Shown piece after piece: positions 53,093 to 64,000 of a DNA stretch of 64,000 bases. The stretch comes from Camelus ferus (Eukaryota): positions 49,292,001-49,356,000 of the forward strand of contig NC_045696.1 in NCBI RefSeq assembly GCF_009834535.1. The letters are read 5' to 3'. Within the stretch, counting starts at the first letter, position 1; every line of letters begins with the position of its first letter. The notes under the pieces are model-generated. The model worked only from the letters and a program-made list of their open reading frames with translations. It made no database searches and was not told where the DNA came from. The position numbers and the translations under genes are program-made.

Positions 53093-53984
53093 TAAATTCT
53101 AATCCAAATATAGAGTTAAAAAGTACTACATAAGGGATTAAATAAAATTATAAGACCTACACAAGGTTACGTAAACAAATATTAAAATAAATGGGAAGAG
53201 ATGAAGATAGGCTATCAGTGATTTTTATTTAAAAGCAAGAATAGCAACAAAGACTAGCAGTTATTTAAAGGTGAGACTAGCAGTCACGTCGCTACCAGAC
53301 CACACTGGTGATCCACTTACTGATGAAAGAGCCCTTCTGTAAAGTTCTAGAGGTCGTCCATCTGCCCGTGTTCCCGAAGAGAAAGAGCTCTGCAGGTTCA
53401 TCCAGCACCGTCCCTGGTTTCTCACTGAGTCACTGAATCGAGGGACTTCGGGGAAGTCAAGGAGCATGCCAGTTTTAAGTTTAGCTTGTTTAAAAATGTA
53501 ATTCCTGTTAACACGATTAATGAGTTACAAGGAAAGTAGGTCTTAGAATTATGTAAAACTGAAAGTCTGTAAGCTATGAACCATACATTTTTTTCACTCG
53601 AACATTTATTGTGAGCCTCCTATACCAGGCACTGGACTAATAAGCCCTGAGAAGTATACGAAAGTATATGAACACTAATTAGATACAGAGCTTTCCTGTG
53701 AGAAACTCAGAATCCAGTGGGGGGGGGGGGATTGTATATATATGCCTGTAATTCAAGATAGAAAGAGATTAATATCCTATGTTAAGATTTTAAGGTGATT
53801 CAGAGGAGGGTGAGATCAGTCCCATCTGGAGGAGATGAGAAAAGGCTTCAGGGGTGACGTGGTCTTTGAGATGGCCTTTGAAGGGCTGGTGGAATTTGAA
53901 CGTGTGGAGAAGCAGAAGGAGATGGAGCAGTGAGAAATGGCAAGAATGTCCGCGGGGATAGGCATTCAGGCTCTTCACACATGT

Positions 53985-54325
53985 TCTGGTTCTCACCTCC
54001 TGTGAGGCACATGGTAGGACTGTACATCCCTGCGCATTTGAAGTTTGTCATGGCCACATAGCTTGCTTCAGTCAATGAAATATGAACAGAATGTATGTGC
54101 ATTACTTCCAGGCAGAAAGATTACACAAACCACAGATTTCTCCCCACAGTGCTCATGGAGGCATGCACCAAGATGGAAATCCCATCAACCTGGGTCACTG
54201 AGTGTTTAAAATTAGCAAAATCTTCTGACTTCTGACAAACCTGAACAAAACTATTCAATGAATAGCTGCAATATCGGGCTATTTGTTATCATAGCATAGA
54301 ATGTAGCCCATCCTGACTAATACAG
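53985..54325 (+). mobile_element. MLT1J-like LTR inserted in an L2 remnant (53580-54400)
   Basis: ggcacatggtaggactgtacatccctg...ggccacatagcttgcttcagtcaatgaaat...tttgttatcatagcatag...tcctgactaataca. Confidence 0.75.
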
Positions 54326-54399
54326 GGAATGTGTGAAGTTCAATCTGGCAGAATTAGGGTATATGAAAAGCAGTGGTGGGAAATACATAATTATATCAT

Positions 54400-55620
54400 T
54401 AGAGCAAAATGTGAAAAATGCTCTAATTAAGGTTAACATTCTCAACATAGAACGGTCTTGTAGCAACAAAAAATAAAACCTTTAGACCAAAATAGATAAG
54501 TGGACAAAAATAGATACAGATTTTGGTAAACAATAAGTGTATAAAAATGTTAAGCATTATTGGTAATTAAGTAAATTCAAATAATGAGATGGCATGCTCT
54601 GCCTTCACATTTGGCAAAAACATTAAATATAAAACATGGATATCCTCCCATGTATTTACTAATAGGAATACAAATTCCAGAATTTTCTTGGATACAGTGG
54701 AGCTGTATGCATGAATGGCCTTAAATTGAACTCAATCAAGTGATACCTCTTCAAGAAATATTGCTGTGTATTTTTCACTAATTAAGTTTCTTTTATTTTA
54801 AAGTTACTTAAACCAACCATAGATAGATATGTCAAGCAAAGGTATTTTCGGAAATTTCGATGAATCTAGGGACACAAGTAATGGTTGAAAAGCCCGGCTT
54901 TGGGAAGAGCAGGAGCCAGAGCAGCTTTGGGGATCTCATCACCAGGAGACTATGGTCCTTCCCTCCAGAATGTGCCGATCACGTGACCTGGCTGGGAATA
55001 ACACCCAAGCTTCTGTGTCTTTCAGGTTCAAATCATTTCCAAATTCCAAAAATAAATGGGTTAATTTGAAAAAAAAATAAAAATAAAAAAAATAAATGGG
55101 TTAATTTGGGTCTGGTATATAGCATTGTACCAATTAGTTATGGTCAGAAGGGCAAGATTCCACAGCTTATATATAAATATAGAAGACATCTGTGGGTGGG
55201 CCAGGTGGTTCCCAGACAAGAGTTGTAAGGGGAACTTGATATGAGTCCTAAGGAAAAAATCAAAAATGGGAACAAAAATGTGTAAGATGCTCACCCAGGC
55301 ATGATTTATAACAGCAGAGGAGAAACCCCAGTGTCTAGTGGAAAGAGAATGTTTCTGTAAATTATGAACAGCTATTATTGCCAGTTAAGACTATGCTCAT
55401 GAAGAATTGAGTGATGTGAGAAAAGTGCACCTGATATAATAAGTGGAACAATTTTATAAAAGTTTTAAAAACACCACAAAAAAATCTAAATATTAATTGA
55501 AGTTTAACATAGGTGGTAGTGATGATTATAGAAAATTAACACTTAGATTTTAATATTTTCTTGATTTGTATAATTCCCTACAATGGTCACATCTGACTTT
55601 TATAATGAGCAAAGTAGGAT
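54400..55620 (+). mobile_element. Degraded L1ME-like fragments
   Basis: gataagtggacaaaa...aataagtgtataaaaatgttaagcatta...; AT-rich, old L1 3' character. Confidence 0.45.
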
Positions 55621-56784
55621 ATTTTAAGGAAACATATAAAGGCAGTATTTTGTAATGTTGAAACTCCAGAATTAAGCATTCCGTGTTTGTGTTTTGGTTC
55701 TGCAACTTACCAGCTGAGCAGTTTTGGTCACATGGATACAAAAGCCTGAGCTTTGGTATCTGAAAAACGGAGAAATAATAATTTTTACTGCCTAGGGCTT
55801 TGTGAGCATTAAGTGCATGTAAAACTCATAGCCTGCAATTGTGTCTAATGTGATGAAAGGTGACTATTGTTGTAATAATAATACAACAGGTTCACAGATG
55901 AGGGACATCTAATCCTGACTGAGAGAGCAGAGGATGTGACATTTAGAATGAGTCTTGTTCTATTCATATTTATTTCTTGAATTAGGGTGCAACTGAGAAT
56001 TGAATTTTTTTGAAAGAAATCTGGAGACAAGTCCACTAATATAAACATTCTTACAGTATATGGATCTTCTCCACCTTAAACATACCAGATCGCTTCTGAG
56101 CTTTGCTCACACAGGAAGGTCCCTGGGTCTAAGCAGTACAGCTAAAAGGCCCAGTTCTCCCTGTGTGCTCTGAGCCTTGAGCATCTGCAGGGGGGCAGGC
56201 TAGACCAGCTTTGATGAAGAGTCAGAGCAGTGTGACCTCTAGGCTCTGGTGCAGGCAGACCCTTAGTCTTTCTGTCTCTTGGTATGCGGATGGCCTAGGG
56301 ACCGCAAGGCGGGGACCGCTTGGTGCCTGCCATCTGTACATAAGCAGCGGGGTAGGGGCTGGGCGCTGGTGGGCATTTCCCATCCTCAGCCCTATTTCTG
56401 TCTTCATGCTCCCCTTCCTGCCTCTCCATATCAGTACCTAGAAATGCAAGTAGGATTCAGAAGCTGAAGCTGTCTCACAACACTTTTTTAAAATGGGCAG
56501 ATAGTTCCAATACATTTTTCTACATAAGCCTTAACTATCTCATTCGGCTAAAATTCTCCAAGCCCCAAGGTACTCCAGATTATTTGTGGATAATGGGAAA
56601 AGCAGAGCCATATTAATAACTTAGAGGCCAAAAGCAAGAAAAAAGTAATCGTTCTTACTTTCTAGTATTATTTTGTTAAATCCTAATCCTTGAAAAATTG
56701 TATTTCAAAGTAACACAGAATTTTATGTAAGTGGAAATTAGAAGACCTTTGTCTTTCATACTTCTCTGACTTTGCAAAAAAAAC

Positions 56785-59700
56785 TCGCTTTACTGAGATA
56801 TTGTTGACATGTAAAAGGCTGTGCATGATGTATACAACCTGATGAATTTGGACATAGGTATACACCCGTGAAAACATCACCACAGTCTATGCCATAATCG
56901 TATCTATCACCTCAAAAGATTCCCCCACCTTTTAAATTCATTATTGCAGGCGCACCTCATTTTATTGCACTTCACTTTATTGTACTTTGAAGATACTGTA
57001 TTTTGTACAAATTGAAGTTTTGTGGCTACCCCGCTTCGAGCAAGTGTATCAGCACCATTTTTCCAACAGCATTTGCTTACTTCATATCTCCATGTCATGT
57101 TTTGGTAATTCCTGCAATATTTCACATTTTTCATTATTATTATTTGTCACGGTGATCTGTGATCAGTGATCTTTGATGTTATTCTTGTAATTTTGGGGGG
57201 ACACCACAAAACTGTGCCCATGTAAGACAGTGACCTTAATCAATAAATGCTGTGTGTGTTCTAACTACTCGGCTGACCAGCCATTTCCCCATCTCTCTCC
57301 CTCTTCTTGGGTCTCCCCATTCCCTGAGACACAACAATATTGAAATTAGGCCAGTTAATAATCCTATAATGGCCCCTAAGTGTTAGTGAAAGGAAGAATT
57401 CTGCATCTTCCACCTAAAATCAAAGGCAAGAAATGATTAAGCTTAGTGAGAAAGGCATGTTGAAAGCTGAGACAGGCCAAAAGCCAGGCCTCTTGTGCCA
57501 AACAGTTAGCCATGTAGTAAATGCAAATGAAAAGTTCTAGAAGGAAATAAAAAGTGCTACTTCAGTGAATGCACAAATGGTAAGAAAACAAAACAGCCTT
57601 ACTGCTCATATGGAGAAAGTTTTAGTGGTCTGGAAGGAAGATCAAACTAGCCACAACATTCCCTTAAGCCCAAACCGAATCCAGAGCAAGACCCTAACCC
57701 CTTCAGTTCTATGAAAGATGAGAAGTGAAGAAGCCACAAAAGAAAAGTTGACAGCTAGCAAAGGTTGGTTGGTTCATGAAGTTTAAAGAAAGAAGCTGTC
57801 TTCATAACATCAAAGTGCACAGTGAAGCAGCAAGTGCTGATGCAGAAGCTGCAGTAGGTTACCCAGAAGATCTAGCTAAGATCATCCATGAAGGTGGCTC
57901 CACTAAACAACAGATTTTCAATGTAGACAAACAGCCTTCTATTGGAAGAAGATGCCATCTAGGACTTTCATAGCTAGGGAGGAGAAGTCACTGCCTGGCT
58001 CCAAAACTTCAAAGGACAGGCTGACTCTCTTGTTAGGGTCTAATGCAGCTGGTGAACTTTAAGTTGAAGTCAGTACTCATTTATTATTTTGAAAATCCTA
58101 GGGTCCTTAAGGGTTATGCTAAATCAACTTTGCCTGTGCTCTGTAAAAGGAACAACAAAACCTAGATGACAGCACATCTGTTTACAACATGGTTTACTGA
58201 ATAGTTTAAGCTCATGGTTGAGAACTACTCAGAAAAAAAGATGTCTTTTAAAATATTACTGCTCATTGGCAGTGCACCTGGTCACCCAAGAGCTCTGATG
58301 GAGATGTACGATGAGATACATGTTGTTTTCATGACTGCTAACACAGCATTCATTCTGCAGCCCACGGATCAAGAAGTCATTTAGACTTTCAAGCCTTACT
58401 ATTTAAGAAACACATTTGATAAGGCTGTAGTCTCTGTGGATAGTGATTCCTCTGATAAATCTGGACAAAGTAAATTGAAAACCTTCTGGAAAGGATTCAC
58501 CAGCCTAGATGCCATTAAGAACATTAACAACTCATGGGAAGAGGTCAAAATATCAATATTAATAGGAGTTTGGCAGAAGTTGATTCCAACCCTCATGGTT
58601 GATTTTGAGGGATTCAGGACTTCCATGGAGGAAGTAATTGCAGACATGGTAGAAATAGCAAGAGAACTAGGGTTAGAAGTACAACCTGAAGATGTGACTG
58701 AATTGCTGCAGTCTCATGATGAAACTTGAATGGATGAGGAGTTGCTTTTTCTGGACGAATGAAGAAAGTGGTTTCTTGAGATAGAATCTACTCCTGGTGA
58801 AGATGCTGTGAAGATTGTTGAAATGACAACGAAGGATTTAGAGTATGACATAGACTTAGTTGATAAGGCACCAGCAGGGTTTGAGAGGATTGATTCCAGT
58901 TTTAAAAGAAGTTCTACTGTGGGTAAAATGCTAACAACAATGCATGCTACAGAGAAATCATTCATGAAAGGAAGAGTCAATCGATACAGCAGACTTCGTT
59001 GTTGTCTTATTTTAAGAAATTGCCACAGCACCCCCAGCCTTTGGCAACCAGCGCTCTGCTTAGTCAGCAGCCATCAACATCGAGGCAAGACCCTCCATCA
59101 GCAAGAAGATTATGACTTGCTGAAAGCTCAGATGTTAATATTTTTAGTAATAAAATATTTTAAATTAAGGTATGTTTATTGTTTTTTAGATATAATGCTA
59201 TTGCACACGTAATAGACTACACTATAGAGTAGACGTAAGTTTGGAATGCACTGGGAAACCAAAAGATTTGTGTGACTTGCTTTATTTCAATATTTGCTTT
59301 AATTGTGGTAATCTGAAATCAAACCTGCAGTATCTCCAAGATATGCTTGTATTGTTACAGTGATGGTGATGATGATGATGTGTGATAAAACACTTAACAT
59401 TATCTATCCTTTTAGCAAAATTTTAAGTGTATAGTATTGTAAGCTGTAGGCACTATGCTGTACAGTAGGTCTCCAGGACATATCCTGCATAACTGAAACT
59501 TCATACCCTTTGACTAATATCTCTCCATTTCCACCTCCCCCCAGCCCCTGGCAACCACTATCCAATTCTCTGTTTGGATAGTTTTAGAGTTTGACTGTTT
59601 TAGAGTCCTCACATAAGTGGTATCATGTAGCACTTGTCCTCTATGTAGGCATTTATTGCTACGAACTTCTCTCTTAGTACTGCTTTTGCTGTGTCGTGTA

Positions 59701-62228
59701 AATTTGATGTATTGTATTTTTGTTTTTGTTTGTTTCAAGATACTTTCCAATTTCCTTTAGATTCTTCTCTGACCCAATGATTGCTCAAGAATGTGTTGTT
59801 TAATTTTCATGTTCTGTGAGTTTTCCTTTTGTTTTTTATTTCTAATTCTATAACATTGTGGTTAGAAAATATACTTGAAATTATTTCAGTCTCCTTAAAT
59901 TTGTTGACTAGTTTTGTGACTTAGTATGGAATCTATCCTGGAGAATGTTCCAGGTGCTATTGAGAAGAATGTGCATTCTGCCATTTTTGGGTAGAATGTT
60001 TTGTGTGTGACTTTTAGGTCTAATTGGTAATGGTGCTGGTCAAGCCTGCTGTTTCCTTATTGATTTTCTGTCTGGATGCTTTATCCATTATTGAAAGTGG
60101 GATTTTGAAGTCTGCTATTACTGTATTATATCTGTCAATGTTTGCTTTATATGTATGTAGGTGCTCTGATACTGAGAGTGTATATATTTGTAATTGTCAT
60201 ATCTTCCTATTCAATTGACCCTTTTATCATTATCTAGTGAACTTTTGACTTAAAGTCTATTTTGTCTGTTGTAAGTATAGCCACCCATACTCTCTTTGGT
60301 GAACATCTGCATGGAATTTCCCCCCCACTTTTTCACTTTCAGCCTATATGTGCCCTTAAATCTAAAATGAATCTCTTGTAGATAGTATATAGTTGGATCT
60401 TGTTTTTCATGCATTCAGTTGCTCTGTATCTTTTGATTTTGAGTTTAATCCATTTAAATTTAAAGCAGTTATTGACAAGTAGAGACTTACCACTTTACTC
60501 ATTGTTTTCTGTCTGCTTTGTAGTTCTTTTGTTCATTTCTTGCTATCTTCCTTTGTAGTTTCTTTTTTTTTAGTAATATACTTTGATTCTTCTTTTATCC
60601 TTATCTCTTTTGTATCTACTGTAGTTGTGTGTGTGTGTGTGGTTATCATAAGGCTTGGCTAAAACTTATAGTAATCCATTTTAAGCTGATCATAACTTTA
60701 ATTGCACTCTACTCTTTTACTTTTTCACTCACTTTCTATGTTATCGATGTCAGAATTTACTTTTATATTGTGTATCCATTAACAAATTTTTGTGGTTATA
60801 GTTATTTTTAATACTTTTGTCTTTTAACATTTATACTAGGGTTAAATTTTATTTATAAAGTCATTAGAGTGTTGCATTATTACATTTTTGTCTATTTATC
60901 ATTACTGGTGAGATTCATATGCTTTTGTGTTTCTGTTTAGCATCCTTTTATTTCAACTTAAAGAACTGCTTTTAGCATTCCTTGTAAGAGTTCTAGTAGT
61001 GACAAATTTCCTTTGCTTTTGGTTGTCTTAGAAAGTCTATCTCTCCTTCATTTGTAAGGACAGTTTTGCCAGATACAGTATTTTTGGCGGCAGTTTTTTC
61101 TCTTGGCTCTTGGAATATGTCATTCCTCTCTTTTCTGGCCTGTAAGGTTTCTGCTGAGCAATCTGCTGATGATCTTCTGGATTCTCTTTTATGTCGTGAG
61201 TTGCTTTCATATTACTTCTTTTAAATTTTTCTCTTTGTCTTTGACTTTTGAAAATTTCTTTATAACATGTCTTGGTGTAGACCTCTTTAGGTTCAACATA
61301 TTTGAGGTCTTAGGGATTCATAAATCTGGATGTCCTTTTTCCTTCCACACGTTTTGAAAGTTTCCAGTCATATTTCTTTGAATAAACTTTCTGTCTCTTT
61401 CTCTTCTCCTCTGAGACTCACAAGTCCTGTAGGCTTTTTCTTTCTTTCTCTCTTTTTTGTATATTACCAAATGACCTGTCTTTGAGTTCACTGATTTCTT
61501 CTGCTTGATCAGATCTGGTGTTGTAGCTCTCTACTGAATTTTTCAGTTTAGTCATTATATTATTCAGCTCCAGAGTTTCTGTTTGGTTCTTTTTTTGTGG
61601 TTTCTATCTCCTTGTTGAACGTTTCATTTTGTTCATGTAATATTTTCCTTATACTCTTCAGTTGTCATTCTGTGTTCTTTGGAAGCTCAATGAACTTCTT
61701 AAAGATAATTGTTTTGAATTCTTTGTCAGGCAGTTTGTATATCTCCATTTCTTTAGAGTCAATTACAAAGCTTTATTTTGTTCCTTTGGTGGTGTCATGT
61801 TTTCCTGATTTGTTGTGATCCTTGTAGCCTTATGTTGGTGTCTGCATGTTTGAAGAAACAGTCACTTCTTGCCTGAGCAGGCCTGGTGGTGGTGTCCACT
61901 GACAAGTCTGATCCTGGGGTTCACTGGCAGGTGGGCCTGGTGTTAGGGTCCACAAGTGGGCTCACTCTCTCCTCCTCCCATAAGTGAACTTGTGGGCCGA
62001 TGGGATCTCTCAACTCTGTACTGTGCCAGGCTGGGGATGCAGTGATGTGGGTAAATGAAACTGTTCTTACCTTTTTAAAGAGTCTTTTCTTGCTCTGAGC
62101 TCCACCTGGGTTCTGTTCTCTCACCTGGATTCCAGAACCCAAATCAGTTATTTTTGTCTGTGGATGATTGTTAAATCAGTATTTCTGTGGGGGGATGAGA
62201 GCTAGGACCTCCTATTCTGCCACCTTCT
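56785..62228 (-). mobile_element. LINE-1 retaining both ends, with a large internal deletion and a Tigger1 insertion
   Basis: 3'UTR at 56785-56946 and 59352-59640; ORF2 endonuclease, ORF1 and 5'UTR at 59641-62228 ending ctcctattctgccaccttct; degenerate TSD 56757-56773 / 62229-62245. Confidence 0.85.
56947..59349 (+). mobile_element. Full-length Tigger1 (TcMar-Tigger/pogo) DNA transposon, transposase disabled
   Basis: TIRs caggcgcacctc / aagatatgcttg followed by TA; 2403 bp; transposase fragments [41 protein letters not shown] and [25 protein letters not shown]. Confidence 0.96.
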
Positions 62229-62692
62229 CACATTTTTCTGAGTTTCTGTTTCCACTTCACTCCCTTTTTGTTTTCTCTTTAAATATGTGCTAAGCATGCC
62301 TGATGGATCCAGTACAGGTCTTGGAGAGAGCTGATTTTGACTGGCCTCACCCCCCCCTCCCATTCTAATACTCTTCAAGTCATGGTTGTGATAACAACCT
62401 TAGAAATATCTTGGCTAAAGTTTTTCATTTTGAAGTTAATGGAAACAGACCCAGAGATGCTAAGTGATTTGCTTAAGGCCTTACAGTTAGTGTTGGAATT
62501 CAGGCATTTCATTGCCTACAAAGTAAAAAGCAGCTAAGCTATGCTTGATTAGTTAGCTAATTTACATCTTAAAGATTTCTTGACACCTATAGCCCAAATG
62601 GACCATGAGATTGGACAAAAGTAATTACCTTATTATTGCTTCCTCTCCATTTCTCCTCCATAGAGAGAGGTGTGAGAGGCATACCTCTAAGA

Positions 62693-62874
62693 CAGCAGTT
62701 CTCCGTCCAACTCAGATTAGAATCACTTATTTTGTTTGTTTGCTTTTAATAACAATACCAGGTCTTATTATAGGCCTATTAGTTCAGAATCTCTGAGGAT
62801 AGGCCCAGGAATGAGTATTAAAAAAAAAATCTCCCCAGGTGGTTCTAATGTGCAGCTAGCATTGAGAACCACTA
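62693..62874 (+). mobile_element. MER5A hAT MITE
   Basis: cagcagttctc...attagaatcac...tcagaatctctgaggataggcccagga...ctccccaggtggttctaatgtgcag...ttgagaaccact. Confidence 0.85.
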
Positions 62875-63289
62875 GACTAAAAGATTGTTTCCTTGGTTTT
62901 TTTGTTTTGTTTTGCTTCTGGTCTCACATTTTTTCCCCCGTGTCTGCCTTTCTTTTCCCTTCTCTCTTCCTTATTCCCATTCTCTTTTCTGATTTTCTTT
63001 TCATTATCTGTAGTATGGAATTGAAGCTTATTATTATATATTTGTTGTATGTATTGGTTTTTGCTTGCTGCTTGGCCTTAATTTTTAAATCAGGTGATTT
63101 GAATCTTTTTCCTTCCAACTATCTCTTCTTCACCCTCCACTAAACTTAATTAAGCTGTTATTACAAGTAGCCTTCAGTTAACTTATTTTCCTGTGTGAAA
63201 TAGACCTCTGCAGAAAAAAAATGACGTAACTCTATTTGGAGTTTTGGAAGAGGCATTGTTTAATAATTATAAAAACATTTTTGATGTTG

Positions 63290-63600
63290 TTGACGACCTT
63301 TTCTTTTCAGTACCTTTGATATTTTATTGCTCTGGTCTCTGACCATGCCCTGACTAATCTTTCCTAGCTTAGATTTCTCCTCCAGAACAATAACCCATTT
63401 CTCTCCTCACTGCACACATTCCTCCTTGGTGATCTCACCTACTTCACAGCTTAAATCCCATGTCTCACTTTGACTCTTGCTCTCAATCTGTCTCTCCAGC
63501 TTGATAATTTTTGGTTGAATTATTTCCATCCTTACCTCCCTTTGTTCTTCAAAATCAGAATAAAGTTATCTCTTTTCTTCTTTTTCTTTCCCATCCCCAC
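63290..63600 (+). mobile_element. L2 fragment
   Basis: ctccttggtgatctcacctacttcacagcttaaatcccat...ctgtctctccagc. Confidence 0.55.
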
Positions 63601-63809
63601 AAAAGGTTCTTTCTCCATTTATTAATGTGCATAGTTGTTAATTTATATATTTATTTTTTCAAGTACTAAATCAATATTAACTATTTAAATATACCAGGTA
63701 CAATCATAGGCCTGGGAAAACAGTTGTGGGAAATAATTTTATTATTAACAATTATTTCTTCCTTCCTTCTCCTTGAGAAAGTTATACATCTCTACTCATT
63801 GTTGTGTGT

Positions 63810-64000
63810 TTACAATGTCTTCTGTGTAAAGGATACTTCCCTGCTGCATTGACTCTGGGCTTTGTTAGCCACATGATATGTTTTGGCCAAAGGAATACGA
63901 GGCAGGATGTATACATAAGTGAGCTAACTTTTTAAAGAAAGCATCACAAGTTTGCCAGAGCTCTGGTCTCTGCCTTCTTCCCTGAGAACAATAGTCCCAG
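63810..64000 (+). mobile_element. MLT1-family LTR, runs off the window end
   Basis: atacttccctgctgcattgactctgggct..tagccacatgatatgttttggccaaaggaat. Confidence 0.65.

Noticed and set aside
56181..56200. CTCF-like ctgcaggggggcagg
   Set aside because: The extra G shifts the invariant AG out of register
57430..59000. Possible domesticated TIGD1-like gene
   Set aside because: Reading frame is fragmented by several stops and frameshifts
1..64000. Prokaryote-type systems (CRISPR arrays, operons, defence islands)
   Set aside because: Sequence is mammalian repeat-rich DNA with no regularly spaced direct repeats or dense long ORFs

Overview
AT-rich mammalian DNA, most likely camelid (two tRNA-derived Vic-1-type SINEs at ~7.2 kb and ~11.8 kb). 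It looks intronic or intergenic: I cannot support any host protein-coding exon, RNA gene or CRISPR array, and every ORF in the track is either a degraded transposon remnant or a short chance ORF. The window is dominated by interspersed repeats: a full-length but disabled LINE-1 (16.6-22.9 kb), several truncated, inverted or internally deleted L1s, a full-length Tigger1 nested in an L1, MaLR/ERVL solo LTRs (including MER21 inside MLT1), hAT MITEs (MER58B, MER5A), a mariner relic (MARNA-like), MIR and L2 fragments, and microsatellites. Repeat-poor blocks and small CpG-rich patches are candidate cis-regulatory elements. I found no evidence of a new biological system. The observations worth checking are retrotransposition oddities, a tail-to-tail MIR hairpin and putative enhancers. 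Repeat family names come from my recall of consensus sequences, not from a search, and most boundaries are approximate.
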